DNA of 63,767 nt, counting the filler, from Olpidium bornovanus S191 (lineage: Eukaryota > Fungi > Olpidiomycota), in NCBI GenBank assembly GCA_017911155.1. It is 33 parts of 33 records of this genome, joined end to end, with 100 filler letters (N's around TTAATTAATTAA, not from the genome) between each part and the next. Parts side by side here need not be neighbours in the genome. Positions count along the whole stretch, not along the records: positions 44,157 to 46,820 come from JAEFCI010000692.1; positions 46,921 to 48,497 come from JAEFCI010009284.1; positions 48,598 to 49,637 come from JAEFCI010013160.1; positions 49,738 to 51,145 come from JAEFCI010011125.1; positions 51,246 to 55,966 come from JAEFCI010009777.1; 28 more parts are not named here. The stretch is one strand, 5' to 3'. Positions 44,760-56,066 of this stretch are shown in pieces. Within the stretch, counting starts at the first letter, position 1; each line of letters begins with the position of its first letter. Under the pieces are notes generated by a model that was not told the origin of the DNA, made no database searches, and was given only the letters and a program-made list of their open reading frames with translations. Position numbers and translations under genes: made by a program.

Positions 44760-46820
44760 TGTACGCCCTTCATGTCGCTAGTATTTTCGAGCGCCTGTAC
44801 CCGTAGTCCAAACCCGTAGTTCGAATAAAACAAAAACCAAGAACGCCGTAACCATCTACAGGTTATGAGCCCAACCCGGACTCCCTTCCCACACCCCTAA
44901 ACCCCCGTCAATGACTGAAGAAGGAACCATGGAGGGACAGAACCCCGCAAAGGGCACGTCAGCGGACGCCGTGGGACGCGGCAGACAGCAAGGAACAAAG
45001 GTAAGTGCAAAAAGCGCATACCCCATGGTGTCCCAGCTCTTTGAGGACGCAGGAAAGGGCGAACACGCGGGAAGTGCCGTGCCCAAGGAAAGGGGTGACC
45101 GCGTGCGAAGCGCAGTGACCACGGGGAAGGGTGATCGCGCAGAGAACGCGGAACTCGGAGGTGCGGAAAACGCCATTGACACAGAAAAGGGCGACCGCAC
45201 GGGAAGTGCGGGTGGCGCGCAAGGCGCAGCCACAGAAAGGGTAAGGGAAAACCGCGTGTGAAGCGCAGGAAGCGCAGAAACACTTGAAGCACGATTTGAA
45301 CACTTCTCCTCGAACGGGAGGAGGAAAACGCGCCGCCCGCGAGCAACTAATCCTTCAACGCGCACAGTTGGATGCCCAGCGGGCGCGAATGGAACAGCTA
45401 ACCATCCTACTACAGCAGCAGCTGGCGGCGCCCCGAACGAGACGCCGGGGTTCCGTACCGCAGGACTCCGACAAGGACGACTACCGTGACGAGACTGAAT
45501 CAGTCGCTTCGTCTTCCCGGGTGCGAAAACGCCCGTCTGTCGTGACTAACCTCTCTTCTCTCGAGAGACACCCCCGCGCTCGAACTCAAAGAGACCGCAG
45601 CAGACAGGAAAGCGACGACGAAGAAAGTAGCAGTTCGCACACCGCTGTGTGGCAGGTAAAACAACTGCTAGCCGATGTGCCTAAGTACGATGGCCATGGC
45701 GGAGCCAACCTATTGGAAGTTTTCATCGAGAAGTTCGATACCTACGATGCCGAGAGCGGACGGCTTGTTTCTACCACTATGAAACTAAACCAAGCGGTTC
45801 AAAAACTCGAGAAGAAAGCCGCAAAGTTCTGGCTCGCGCATTCCCGCAAGCACCCACAGAGCGACCCAGAGCGCATAAGTACCTGGGGAGAGCTGCGTTC
45901 CGTGCTGCGTAAACGTTTTTACCCCTTTAACTATGAAGAGAAACTGCTTACCAAGTTAGCAGACATGAACTTCTTGAAATATGCTAACGTTTCTTCATAC
46001 ATAGACGCATTTAACAAAGTTTTTATGCAGATCCTGGACGCCGAAGAGAACGACAAGCAGTATATGCTGATGTTTAAACGAGGACTACCAAAACCTCTTC
46101 AGGAGAGGTACACCTACCTCCCGAAGCAACCCGTCGATCTGCGAGAAATGCAAAACTATGCGGTGCAGTTTGCCCAATTCGTTTCTTGGCCAAAGCCCAG
46201 CAGCTCTTATGCGCATTATACCGTTAACCATGGTTCGCGAGGCATGAAAGACTCTCCGTCTTCTTCCAAACCACAGAAGTTCGACCCCAGAATGCACTAC
46301 AGGTCCCGAGACGAAAAAATCCCGCCGACTCTCCAAGATCACCTGCTACTATTGCAATAAAAAAGGTCACTTTGCGAATAAGTGCCGAAAGAAAAGGAGA
46401 AAGGATACTGGAAAGCAACAGGACGAAGGGCAGTCTAATGACGAAGCTCAACCAAATGGCACCATCTGTCAGGAGCATCCTGCCCAAGCGCATGAAGTCG
46501 TCGCACTACACACTGAAACAGGAGCACAAAATTTTTCTGATGTGCGAGCGCGTGAAACCCAAACGTCGGAAGCTAACCGTGCCTTTTTCCGAAATGAAAT
46601 CCCACCCCAGCCAAAAGTTTATTTAGATACATGCGCAAGCGAGCACATGAGTCTCGACGCAAGCGCATTCACAGACCTCGACCGCACTAAGACGACAAAA
46701 CTCTTCAGCGCGACGGATGCCAACGGCATCATCACCAGAGGCACCGGCATCACGCGCATAAATACGCCGCAATCGACAATTGACCTGCGGGACGCTATCT
46801 ACACGCCTAAACTGCGCAAC
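44760..46820 (+). mobile_element. 5' half of a Ty1/copia element: LTR end, PBS, gag, CCHC knuckle, protease (truncated)
   Basis: gag ORF at 45284-46360. CYYCNKKGHFANKC at about 46345 lies in the +1 frame and is continuous with VYLDTCASEHMS...RGTG...LRDAIYTPKLRN, a copia-type protease. Confidence 0.9.
44861..44872 (+). promoter_or_regulatory. Copia primer-binding site GGTTATGAGCCC directly after the LTR end ...CTACA
   Basis: Complementary to the initiator tRNA-Met anticodon arm GGGCUCAUAACC (half-tRNA priming as in Ty5/copia). AATAAA at 44824 lies in the preceding LTR. Confidence 0.85.
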
Positions 46821-48058
46821 NNNNNNNNNNNNNNNNNNNNNNNNNNNNNNNNNNNNNNNNNNNNTTAATTAATTAANNNNNNNNNNNNNNNNNNNNNNNN
46901 NNNNNNNNNNNNNNNNNNNNCATGTGTTTTTGCCGCACTCTCCAACCCGTCCCGATGCACGCGGTGCAATTATTTCTCGTCACGACCGCCGCGCCAAGGC
47001 GATCGTTAACCGTGCACCAGGCGTTTCTTCGCACTGAGCGGTGGGTTATGCCCCTGGTCGGTGCAATATGGGTAAAGCAAGCGGTCCTCGGCCATTGCCG
47101 ACCGTTTCCCATTTGGGCCCGCAGTTGATTTTTATTTATCTTCTCGTGGTGACCTTTCTCACTCCGCACAACCGACAACTAGTTTGACTGCACCCCGCGA
47201 GGGCTGTTCTTAGAGCTCACGGCCTTAGGTTCAACTAGTACTGGTCGTGCCTCGGGGCGGTGTTCGACCTCGTTGTGGAATTGCGGCAAAAATAAGCGGG
47301 TGCCAGGCGGCTGTGCGCCGTTACTGTGAACGCATTCCGACCCATGGAGAAGTGCGCACGGCGTGTCATTCACCGCGCGTTTCACCGCGACGATGCGCGG
47401 CTCTTGCGGCTCTTGCGTGTCACCGTGGCCGCAAGATTAGTCGGTCATGGTTCGACCGTGGTCTCAGACTGTGTCGGTCTGCGGGGCCCGGCACGGCGAG
47501 GGGCGTGTTTGTTAGGGTGGCACGACCGAAACAAAAAGAGCAAAAAAAATATTTTTTTTCGTCGAACACAGCCGGAGGAGAGGATCCTGCGATGGGGCCA
47601 CTGCCACAGGTCTGCTACCTGCAGTCGAATTCCCAATCAACGGCGGCACGCATCGAAAACCCCGGAGGTTAGCGGCCCGACGTAGGTTGCCTGCTAGCGG
47701 AGGCCGGCACGGATGGAGACCGTGCAAGACCGCTGGAATCGCGTGGCGCTGCGCTGTCCTAATCCAAGCAGGTTCACTCGTTCTGGCTTGCCCTGGAGCT
47801 TGTTCAGTAGAGCGGGGGGTGGGAGGCGTTCTGGCTGCCCGGGGTGAGCGCGGACGGGAAGCTCCCACCCGAAGAAAGAAAAATGCGCGGGTTCGAGGGG
47901 GAAGAAAGGGGGAAGAGACGGAAGGCGGAGCGGCGCAGGGGGATTCGGGTACGGGGCAGAGTTTCGGCTGCCTCGCGTGCCCCTTTCTTTCTCAAGCCCG
48001 CGGTTCCGGTGGCCCGGGTGCCCCCTCTCCGGAGCCCTTTGTTCCCGCCCGGCCGCTC

Positions 48059-48114
<56 letters not shown>

Positions 48115-48117
48115 CCG

Positions 48118-48153
<36 letters not shown>

Positions 48154-48455
48154 CCCCCTCCCCCCCCCCGCACCCGCCCCTCCGCCGCCCCTGGCAGCCC
48201 CCGCGGTGGCCTGACCGCATGCATTCGTCCATCCCGTCAATTCGCGGTCATTCCAGCAGCGAGCCGGAATTAATTTTAATTGGATTGATATACGCGCTGC
48301 CGGGAATTATGGTGTGTGTGGGGTGGAGGGGACCGCGAGGGAAAGGCCCTTTCCCCCTTTCCCCCGCACGCACACACACACACACACACACACGCCCCGC
48401 CCCCCCCGCAAAAAAAAAAAAAAAAAAAAAAAAAAACAAAAACCCCCGGGGGGGG

Positions 48456-48490
<35 letters not shown>

Positions 48491-48704
48491 ACACACANNN
48501 NNNNNNNNNNNNNNNNNNNNNNNNNNNNNNNNNNNNNNNNNTTAATTAATTAANNNNNNNNNNNNNNNNNNNNNNNNNNNNNNNNNNNNNNNNNNNNGAG
48601 AACAAAAAAAAAAAAAAAAAAAAAAAGGCCCCGGGAATTTTTTGGGCCAACGGGGCCCCCCCGCGGGGGAAGAGGGGGGGGAAAGGGGGGGGGGGGGGGG
48701 GGGG

Positions 48705-48738
<34 letters not shown>

Positions 48739-48773
48739 GCGAAACGCTCCCGCACACCTCCACCAGCCCCAAC

Positions 48774-49437
48774 ATGACCATTAGTGCGGCCGACAGGAAC
48801 GGCCCGAAGGGACGTGCTGCCGTTGTGTACGGCCGCGCGCCGACCTGCGTGCACGCCAGGTGCCTGCTCTGCGGCGCCGTCGTCGAGGTGCCCCTCAAGG
48901 ATCTTCCCGCTGCTGCCGCAGATGAGCTGTCCGACCGGTCGCCGCCACCCCTGCGCAGCCTGGAACACCTCGACCTGAGGTGCCCCCTGTGCGAGAAGGT
49001 ATGCGAGCCTCGTTACGGCGGAGCCTCCGCGCGGCACCTCTTCCCCGGGGCCGCGTCGACAAGGCCGCAAACCTGGGGGTGGGGGAGTCCCTGCACACCG
49101 CGAGGATGTTTGGGAAAGAGCGTCTTGTCTGGTCTCTTGCTCACTTTTTCTCACGCCGCTTTTCCCAGGTCGGCAAACTCCAACCGCTCTGCAGCCTGCA
49201 GCAGTCTGCCTCCACCCCTCCCCCGACGCGGCCGCCGAGCGCTGCGGGAGCTGCGGGAGCGTCGAAGAGCCCGAGTAGTGGACGCAAGGTTGGAACCGGT
49301 ACGCAAGGGCGTGTTAACGTTTACACCCGCGCCCGGTGGTTTTTGTCCGTCCCCGTTTGGTTCTCCGCTGATCCTTCGCCCGTGCCGCCTTATGCTTGGC
49401 GTATTTTGTTTTGCAGACGAGAATCCGCTTTCCACAG
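48774..49437 (+). CDS. N-terminus of a Djp1/Caj1-like J-domain protein with Zn-ribbon (3' partial)
   Basis: Exons 48774-48998, 49169-49298 and 49417-49437 give CLLCG...CPLCEK|V...GRKVGT|DENPLST, resembling the GRxIGTxExPLxTxYYD lead-in of fungal DnaJ-X proteins. The J domain itself is not in the contig. Confidence 0.55.
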
Positions 49438-49486
49438 GTGCGCAGCAGCAGTTGACGCTGCAGAGGTCGTTTTTTTTTGCCCCCCC

Positions 49487-49521
<35 letters not shown>

Positions 49522-50245
49522 CCCCCCCGTCCCCCCGCCGCCCGTCCCGTTTCCCCCGCCCGTTCCGCCAACAGCAGCCCACACACTCCCCCGCCTTTGC
49601 GCCCCGTTCCCCCGCTGCGACCCCCGCGAAGCACCCCNNNNNNNNNNNNNNNNNNNNNNNNNNNNNNNNNNNNNNNNNNNNTTAATTAATTAANNNNNNN
49701 NNNNNNNNNNNNNNNNNNNNNNNNNNNNNNNNNNNNNCCCCCCTTCGACAGCCCCTTTTTCTTTTTTTGGCAGGCTTCTCTCCGGTGTGTGCGGGTGCGT
49801 GTGCATGTGTGTGTGTAAAAAAGGGCCAAGGGGTTGGGAGGTCCCCGGGGCACCACGCGCGAAAGTGAGGATGGGGAGGGATGCGTGACCCATGGGGGGG
49901 GGAAGGGGATTACGGTGCGCGCCGGAAATTTGTGTGTTGCAGGACCGTCTGGGCCACACGGGACGCGCCCCCGGTGCAGCGGATTGGCGGGGAGAGGGCG
50001 CGCGCGTGGGCGCGGGGGCAAAAATGCCCACGCGGAACTTCGGACATTTCTCCCCGGCCCCCCCCCCTTTCCCATTGCCCTCTCCCCCGCCCACGCGAAG
50101 CAAAAAAAATCTGGATCAAACACAACCTCCCCCCCCCCCCTCTCTCCGCTTCCCTCCCACACCCCGGCCCCTCTTAATGCCGGGCTAATCCAGTTCATCC
50201 ACTGCGCGCTCGTCGACCGCCGGCACCAACAAAAAAAAAAAAGAA

Positions 50246-51144
50246 ATGAGACTGCGCAGCGCCCCCTTGCTGGCTGCCGGAATGACCGCGGGGCTTGTGG
50301 GCGCCGGCGCCGTCTCGGCGGCCGCCGCCGAGCCCGGCATGATCGCCGCAAACACCACGACGCACACCGGTTCCTATGCCCTCGTCCGCCGTGGCTCCCG
50401 GGACCTGCTGCTGCGCCGCGACGACGGCGGGCCCCAGCCGGTCGTGGTCGCGCCCGACACCATCCTGGTCTTCCCCGCCATCGCGTACCCGGTCAACGGC
50501 TCGCGCTTCGTCCTCGACTTCCACGCCGTCGCGTTCCGCCACGACCAAAAGCCCTCGAAGTGGTTGCGAGCCGTGGGGAAGATGGTGAATTGGGGGCTCC
50601 CGGAAAACCTTTCCGAGGGCGCGAAGCTGATCTTCCGCGAGAGGTTTGCGCCGTTCATGTCCACCGCGGCCGTCGGCTCCTCGGCGCTCGTGAACCTCAC
50701 GATCGAGAGGTCCGGCTTGTCGGTCGTCAACGTCAAGACGCCCCAATCCGCTGACGACGGCCACCTCGAATGTAGAATTTTCCTTGCGGATGTTAATGAC
50801 CGTGACCGGGTCAGGGTCACCACAAAGGCCCTGGCCGCCGCGGGAGCCGTACAGCCCAGCCCGAAACCCGTGCAGTCCACGGTAGAGGTGATTGTTGCCG
50901 GCGAAGAAGGATTCGGGGTCATTTCCGACATTGATGTAAGTGGGGCGGGGCTGCTGCTGCTCGACTCTTTTAGGATGATGCGGACGTCGAAAGTAGACGA
51001 AACCCCATTTTTTCTTTTCCGATTTTTTCTAATTTTTTTTTTTATTTTTCTGCCCAGGACACGATCAAAATTACGAACGTCCTGAACAAGAAGCTGGTGG
51101 TGAAGGAAACATTCTTTAACGAGTTCCGGCCAACAAACACCATG
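50246..51144 (+). CDS. APP1: App1-like phosphatidate phosphatase (DxDxT) with signal peptide (3' partial)
   Basis: Exon 1 (50246-50935) and exon 2 (from 51058) join as GVISDID|DTIKITNV. Hydrophobic N-terminus. Confidence 0.8.
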
Positions 51145-51244
51145 ANNNNNNNNNNNNNNNNNNNNNNNNNNNNNNNNNNNNNNNNNNNNTTAATTAATTA
51201 ANNNNNNNNNNNNNNNNNNNNNNNNNNNNNNNNNNNNNNNNNNN

Positions 51245-52200
51245 NCATGAGGTAGACACGCACAAAGCGGGACGCCTCGTCCAGAAAGGTTATGACATAC
51301 CTGGATTTGACCGGGAGACTCATCAAGTCTGAATGCACATTGGTGAGGATGACACCGGGCGCCACTTGATTGTCCCTGCTCTCGTCAATGGAGCAGGAGT
51401 TCTCAGCCTCGCCAAGGGACAGATCAGGTAACTAGTTTTTGATTCGGCCTTGGCGTTCGTGGTCGCTTATCATCACGTAAGTGTGCCCATCTTCGGCGTG
51501 CTTGAGCTTGTCAGGTACGGCTGCTAGCTCATACAGTTGATTTCTGCACCTGGTCCCTGAGGTACTCAATTTTCCCTTCTGCTCCAATCGGCAACCGCTC
51601 CCAGCAAAAGCACCGTCACTCCTTTTCTTGTCAGCAGGCCAACGGACAGTAGGTTCCGTAACATCTCCAGGATCAACCGCACATCGTCTACCGTCTCTCT
51701 CTTCCCAATGAAAACCGTAGGTGCAAACATCCTTTCTCTGTGGCCTTGAGTGTGGCGTTGTTGGCAAAACAACAGTGTGGTTGCATCCACGAATCTCAAC
51801 AAGCGCTGCTTGGTCTGTGGCGGTGTGAAAGGTGCTGCAACTGTCAAGTAACCAGGATGGTTTTTCCCGGCCGGTGGAGGCGGTGAGGAACGCGTAGCCA
51901 TTTCCATCGAGGATCTCATCGTCGTCGTTTTCGGAGGAGTCATCGTCGTCGCCGTGCATCAGGTTCGCGCGTCCTGAACTACGATTCTGACCAGAGGATT
52001 TGCTTGGCTCGACTGCTTCGTCGGAATACACTCGGTCGGTCGCGCCGAAAAACCCAAAGTGCCAATTGATACTGCACAGGATGTCGTCGAGGTCCTCATT
52101 ATCCTTCAGCTGTCGATGCCACGAACCGATTGACTGTGACTTGAGTCTCGTTGAAGCGGCAAAAGGCCTCTCATAGGCCCTCCTTCGCGCGCGCCCACGT
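51245..52200 (-). mobile_element. Degenerate Ty1/copia gag-protease-integrase
   Basis: SWLLDSCSTFH (protease), LRNLLSVGLL, and VHSDLMS...RYVITFLDEASRFVRVYL (integrase start). Frameshifted. Confidence 0.85.
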
Positions 52201-52897
52201 CTTCTCTGCTGCCACTTCCCGCACTTGCTTATCAAAATCCTCGTGAACGGTCAGTCCCGCCACCTTGGCGTCGGCTAGCTGGAGCAATTCGATGACGATG
52301 TCAAATGGGCGAAGGTAATCCGTCACGTTCTGTCGCTCGAAACGGCCTTCAGCCGTCACGGACTGCTGGACGGCGCCATAGATCTCAGCCGTGTGCATCT
52401 GCGCGATCAACCGCTGTGCTCCCGTCTCGGCCATCGTTGACGCGCGCCGACGGGGCAAAGCGAAACCGAAACCACAACAAAACGCCGTTTCCCTTGACGC
52501 GTGACCTTTTGCCGAGGCGATCCCCTCGCCGGCCAGGGAGCGCCAAGTTTGTCGGACGTGATCGGCAGCAATGCCAACTGACTGATCCGGCAGAGGGGTA
52601 GTAACGACCGGCTTCTGGCCTGTTGGGGACGCGGGGCGATCGGTCGGACAGGGAGAAGCGTCAAGTGGCTCTCGCCCTCCCGTCGATCGTGAGAACGAAG
52701 CGAACCAAGGAAGGAGCGGCGGCCGTTCGACGAGAATCAAAACTACAACGAAGGCGGAGCCCAGCAAGGTAGCCGACGCTACTGCAAGCCGGGGTCCTGA
52801 TCAGGAGGGGGAGGACGGGGCCCGACGGCCCGTTCCGATGCGCGAAGTGCCGAGTTTGTTTTGCGGGGAGCGCGCGTATCGATGGCGGGGGCGCTGC

Positions 52898-52930
<33 letters not shown>

Positions 52931-53705
52931 CCCCATACATAGAAGTAGGGGTTTCGAATTGACGGTGCGTGATCAACACTATCGAGAATCGTCGGAACTC
53001 GACACCCTAAATTTCACGTTGTCCCGTCCGGAATTCCCTTGTCCGCTCCGAACCTGCGCGTCGTCTCGCGCGGAATTTTTGCCCCCCCACCGGAAACCCG
53101 CCAGGTTCTGGCGGAACGCGGGCCCGTTACCCGGCCGGCCCGCGGAGAAACCGTCCACGGCGCTGTCATAGCGCAAGAGGGACTCTGTGGGCGGAGGGAA
53201 TTTGCATGGAGGTTGGGAAGGAAGGGAGGGGAGTGTGGTCCACCAAGGTTGTCTGAACGAATGTGAACGGCAGCTGGATTCCCAATTCCCGGGGACAAGC
53301 GGGAATTCTGGCGCGCGTCGCGATTTCTTCGGAAAATCTCTGGTATCTGCGGGCCTTCAGAGTTTGATCCGCCTTGTTCGCCACTGCGCAACTCCCGTGC
53401 ACGCACTTGCCAACCCCTCTCCCCCCTCCCCCCCCCCCCCCCCACACACACACCCAAACCGCCCGTGCTCCAAAGAGACACAGGAGCTCCTCCTGGCGAT
53501 ATCTCCAGTCCGCAAGAGGCGCAGGGCGTCGACGGGCGAGCGTAGGCGGGTGGAAATTTCCGGGGAGCGCGTTTTGCGGGTCGCCCCGCGGCGGCCGCGT
53601 TCGCTCCCCCCTCCCACTCCCTTATCGCCCGGCCAACGTAAACGCGAGCAGAAAATCTCTCTCTCGTTATAATGATTCCATGATTCTTTTCCTCTGTCCG
53701 CGAGA

Positions 53706-55965
53706 CTACTCCGTAGCCTGCGCGGCGACGAGCCGCTCCGACTCAATCGCCCAGTCCTCCGCCGGCCCGGCGCCGTCTCGGGGCGCTCCGTCGTCGACGG
53801 GCACCGTCTCCTCGGCGCCGACGGCCGACGGGGCGTTCCTCGGCACGATGTCTGAGGCAGCGGCGGCGGATGCGGTCGTCGGTCGCGCGGAGACGCCGCC
53901 GCTTGCGCGGTCGGCTGCGGCGGCGACGGCGATGTACGCCGGCGCGCCGGGTTTGACTGAGAGGCTCTCGCTGGACCCGGCGGGCGACGCTGTGGCCGCC
54001 GCCGGGGTCGTCGTTGTCGCCGTCCCCGCGAGCCTTGTCCCGCCTGCCCGAACCCTCACGAGGTCCGCGTGGGACCGCTTGATCTCCTCGCGGAGCTTCG
54101 CGCCAGTCAGCGCCGCCGCCCTGGCCGCGGCCTGCTGCCCGGTAGGCTGCTGCTGCTGCTGCTGTCGCCGGGGAGGAGGAGGAGCCGCCGAGCGCTGTTT
54201 GTCCCGAGATATATCTCGCCCGCTACCGTCCCTCTCCTGGAGAGGCGTGAAGACGGTCTCCGTCTCGGTTTCCGTCGGCTCCAGCTTCGCCTCTTCCTCC
54301 TCTTCTTCCTCCTCCAGTCCCCCCTGAGCATCTTCTTCGCCGTCTGCGTCGTCTGCTGCTGCGTCTCTTCTGCTCCGGTTCGGGTCGAGGCGGTCGTCCC
54401 CATCGTTGCGCCCCGTCTGCCGCCGCAACGGTTCCGGCTTTGACGGCCCCGCGTTCCTCCCGTTCCGCCCGCCCAACTCCTCCGTGTCCTCTTGTTCGAC
54501 GACGCGGCTCCTTAAGCCCGGCACCTTCCGGCCAATTTTTTTACCCGGGAGCTCTCCTCTATCAAATTGCTTTAGAGAGCCCTCCTCGCTCGACGGCTCC
54601 TCCTCTCCTGTAATCGCCGCTGTCTCCTCTTCCTCGATATCGTGCTGCCGGTCTTCATCAGTCTGGCTTTGGTCGGGAGTAGCCGAGTCTCCCTGGCCCT
54701 GGTCTTTATCATCGCTTTCCTTTTTCTCGCCGAGGTGCTTGCCAATAGCATTGTACGTCTTCTGAAACCTGCTCGCCAGCTGCCTCTGCTCGTTTGTCTG
54801 GAGCGTCGCGGCCCGCTGCTTGACGGGCTCGCTGCCCTTGATGGCCCGGCCGGGAGCGGGGACGCTATGCTCCGAGGCGAATTCCGACGACGCCGCGGTG
54901 TCTTCGCCAGCGCTCGCTTCCTCTCCCTCTTCCAACACGGCAGACGGTCTCCCCTTCCCGATCAACAGTTTTCTCGTATCGAGGGCCGGCCCTGTTCTGC
55001 CCGCTTTCCTCCCCTTCTTCTCCGTTCCCTCGCCAGCACTGTCCACGCCTTCTGAACCTGACGACGCCCTGCTCGGGAGTACCCTTCTCGCTGTTCTAAG
55101 CTTTGCGCGCCGCACTGTTGTTGTCGTCCTGACGGGCTTCGCATCGTGGTCCTTCGCTGATTCGTCACCCTCGGGCTGTACGTGCCCAAGAAAGCCGCGG
55201 ACCTCCGGGGCATTGATGTTGTACCGTATCCGCTGGAACGGGTCGTCGCCAGCAACGACGACGTAGCTCTTCCGGTGCTCCAGTTGGCAAACGCTATCGA
55301 TCCGCTGGCCATGTAACGTGTATATCCGCTTGATTTTCCCTGTGATAAGCGCAATGTGGTGGTCCAGCGAGGCCATCAACTGAAGAATTTTGCGACGTTA
55401 CGCCAGCCCACAACGGCAAGACGTTACAAAGTCATTTTATTAGTATCAGACTGCTATTTGTTACTAAAACAGGTCCATTTATTGATGCAGTGGGGGCGAA
55501 ATTGAAAACTGCTCATCACCTCCTCGAAAAGGTGAAGACAGTCCCGACATACGTCCATCGCACCTTCTCGAGATCCGGGAACTTAAACGCGGTGACCGTC
55601 ATTTTAATACCAGTGTGGTAAGCGTCGCCGTTGGGGTAGATGGTCAAAATGCGCGGCGCGTCATCTTCCCTCCGTGGGTGGGCGGCGGCGGCGCGTTGGT
55701 CTGCGTCCACGTACGGGACATTTCTGAACGGTTCACTCCCGATGGGCACAACAAGGGCCTGGCCGTTGTATAGGTCTTCCAGCCGCGTGATCCGCCGGCC
55801 GGTCTGACCATCATACAACTTCCGGCCCCGAGTCGGCACCTGCGACTCGAGAGCCTTTGAAACCTCCGTCAGCAATTGTTCGAACGTCCTGCATACCCGC
55901 GCGTTGCACACGAACCGGACGCCCGGAAACGACGCGTCGCCGTTAATGAAGAGGTGCATCCGCAT
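53706..55965 (-). CDS. Tandem doublecortin (DCX)-domain protein with long acidic disordered tail (5' partial)
   Basis: LFINGDASFPG...TFEQLLTEVS...RKLYD..GRRITRLEDL.NGQ..V....EPF, and a second repeat IYPNGD..HTG...|...IKRIYTLHGQRI..V.QL.....YVV..GDDPF. Intron at 55563-55380. Confidence 0.85.
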
Positions 55966-56066
55966 GNNNNNNNNNNNNNNNNNNNNNNNNNNNNNNNNNN
56001 NNNNNNNNNNTTAATTAATTAANNNNNNNNNNNNNNNNNNNNNNNNNNNNNNNNNNNNNNNNNNNN

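Noticed and set aside
47690-48497. Poly-Pro/Gly/Lys/Phe ORFs and the near-palindromic A-run/CCCCCGGGGG/T-run
   Set aside because: These are homopolymer tracts at contig ends, where short-read phasing errors make the sequence unreliable. The same applies at 12100-12150, 27950-28340, 49480-49530 and 61350-61415.
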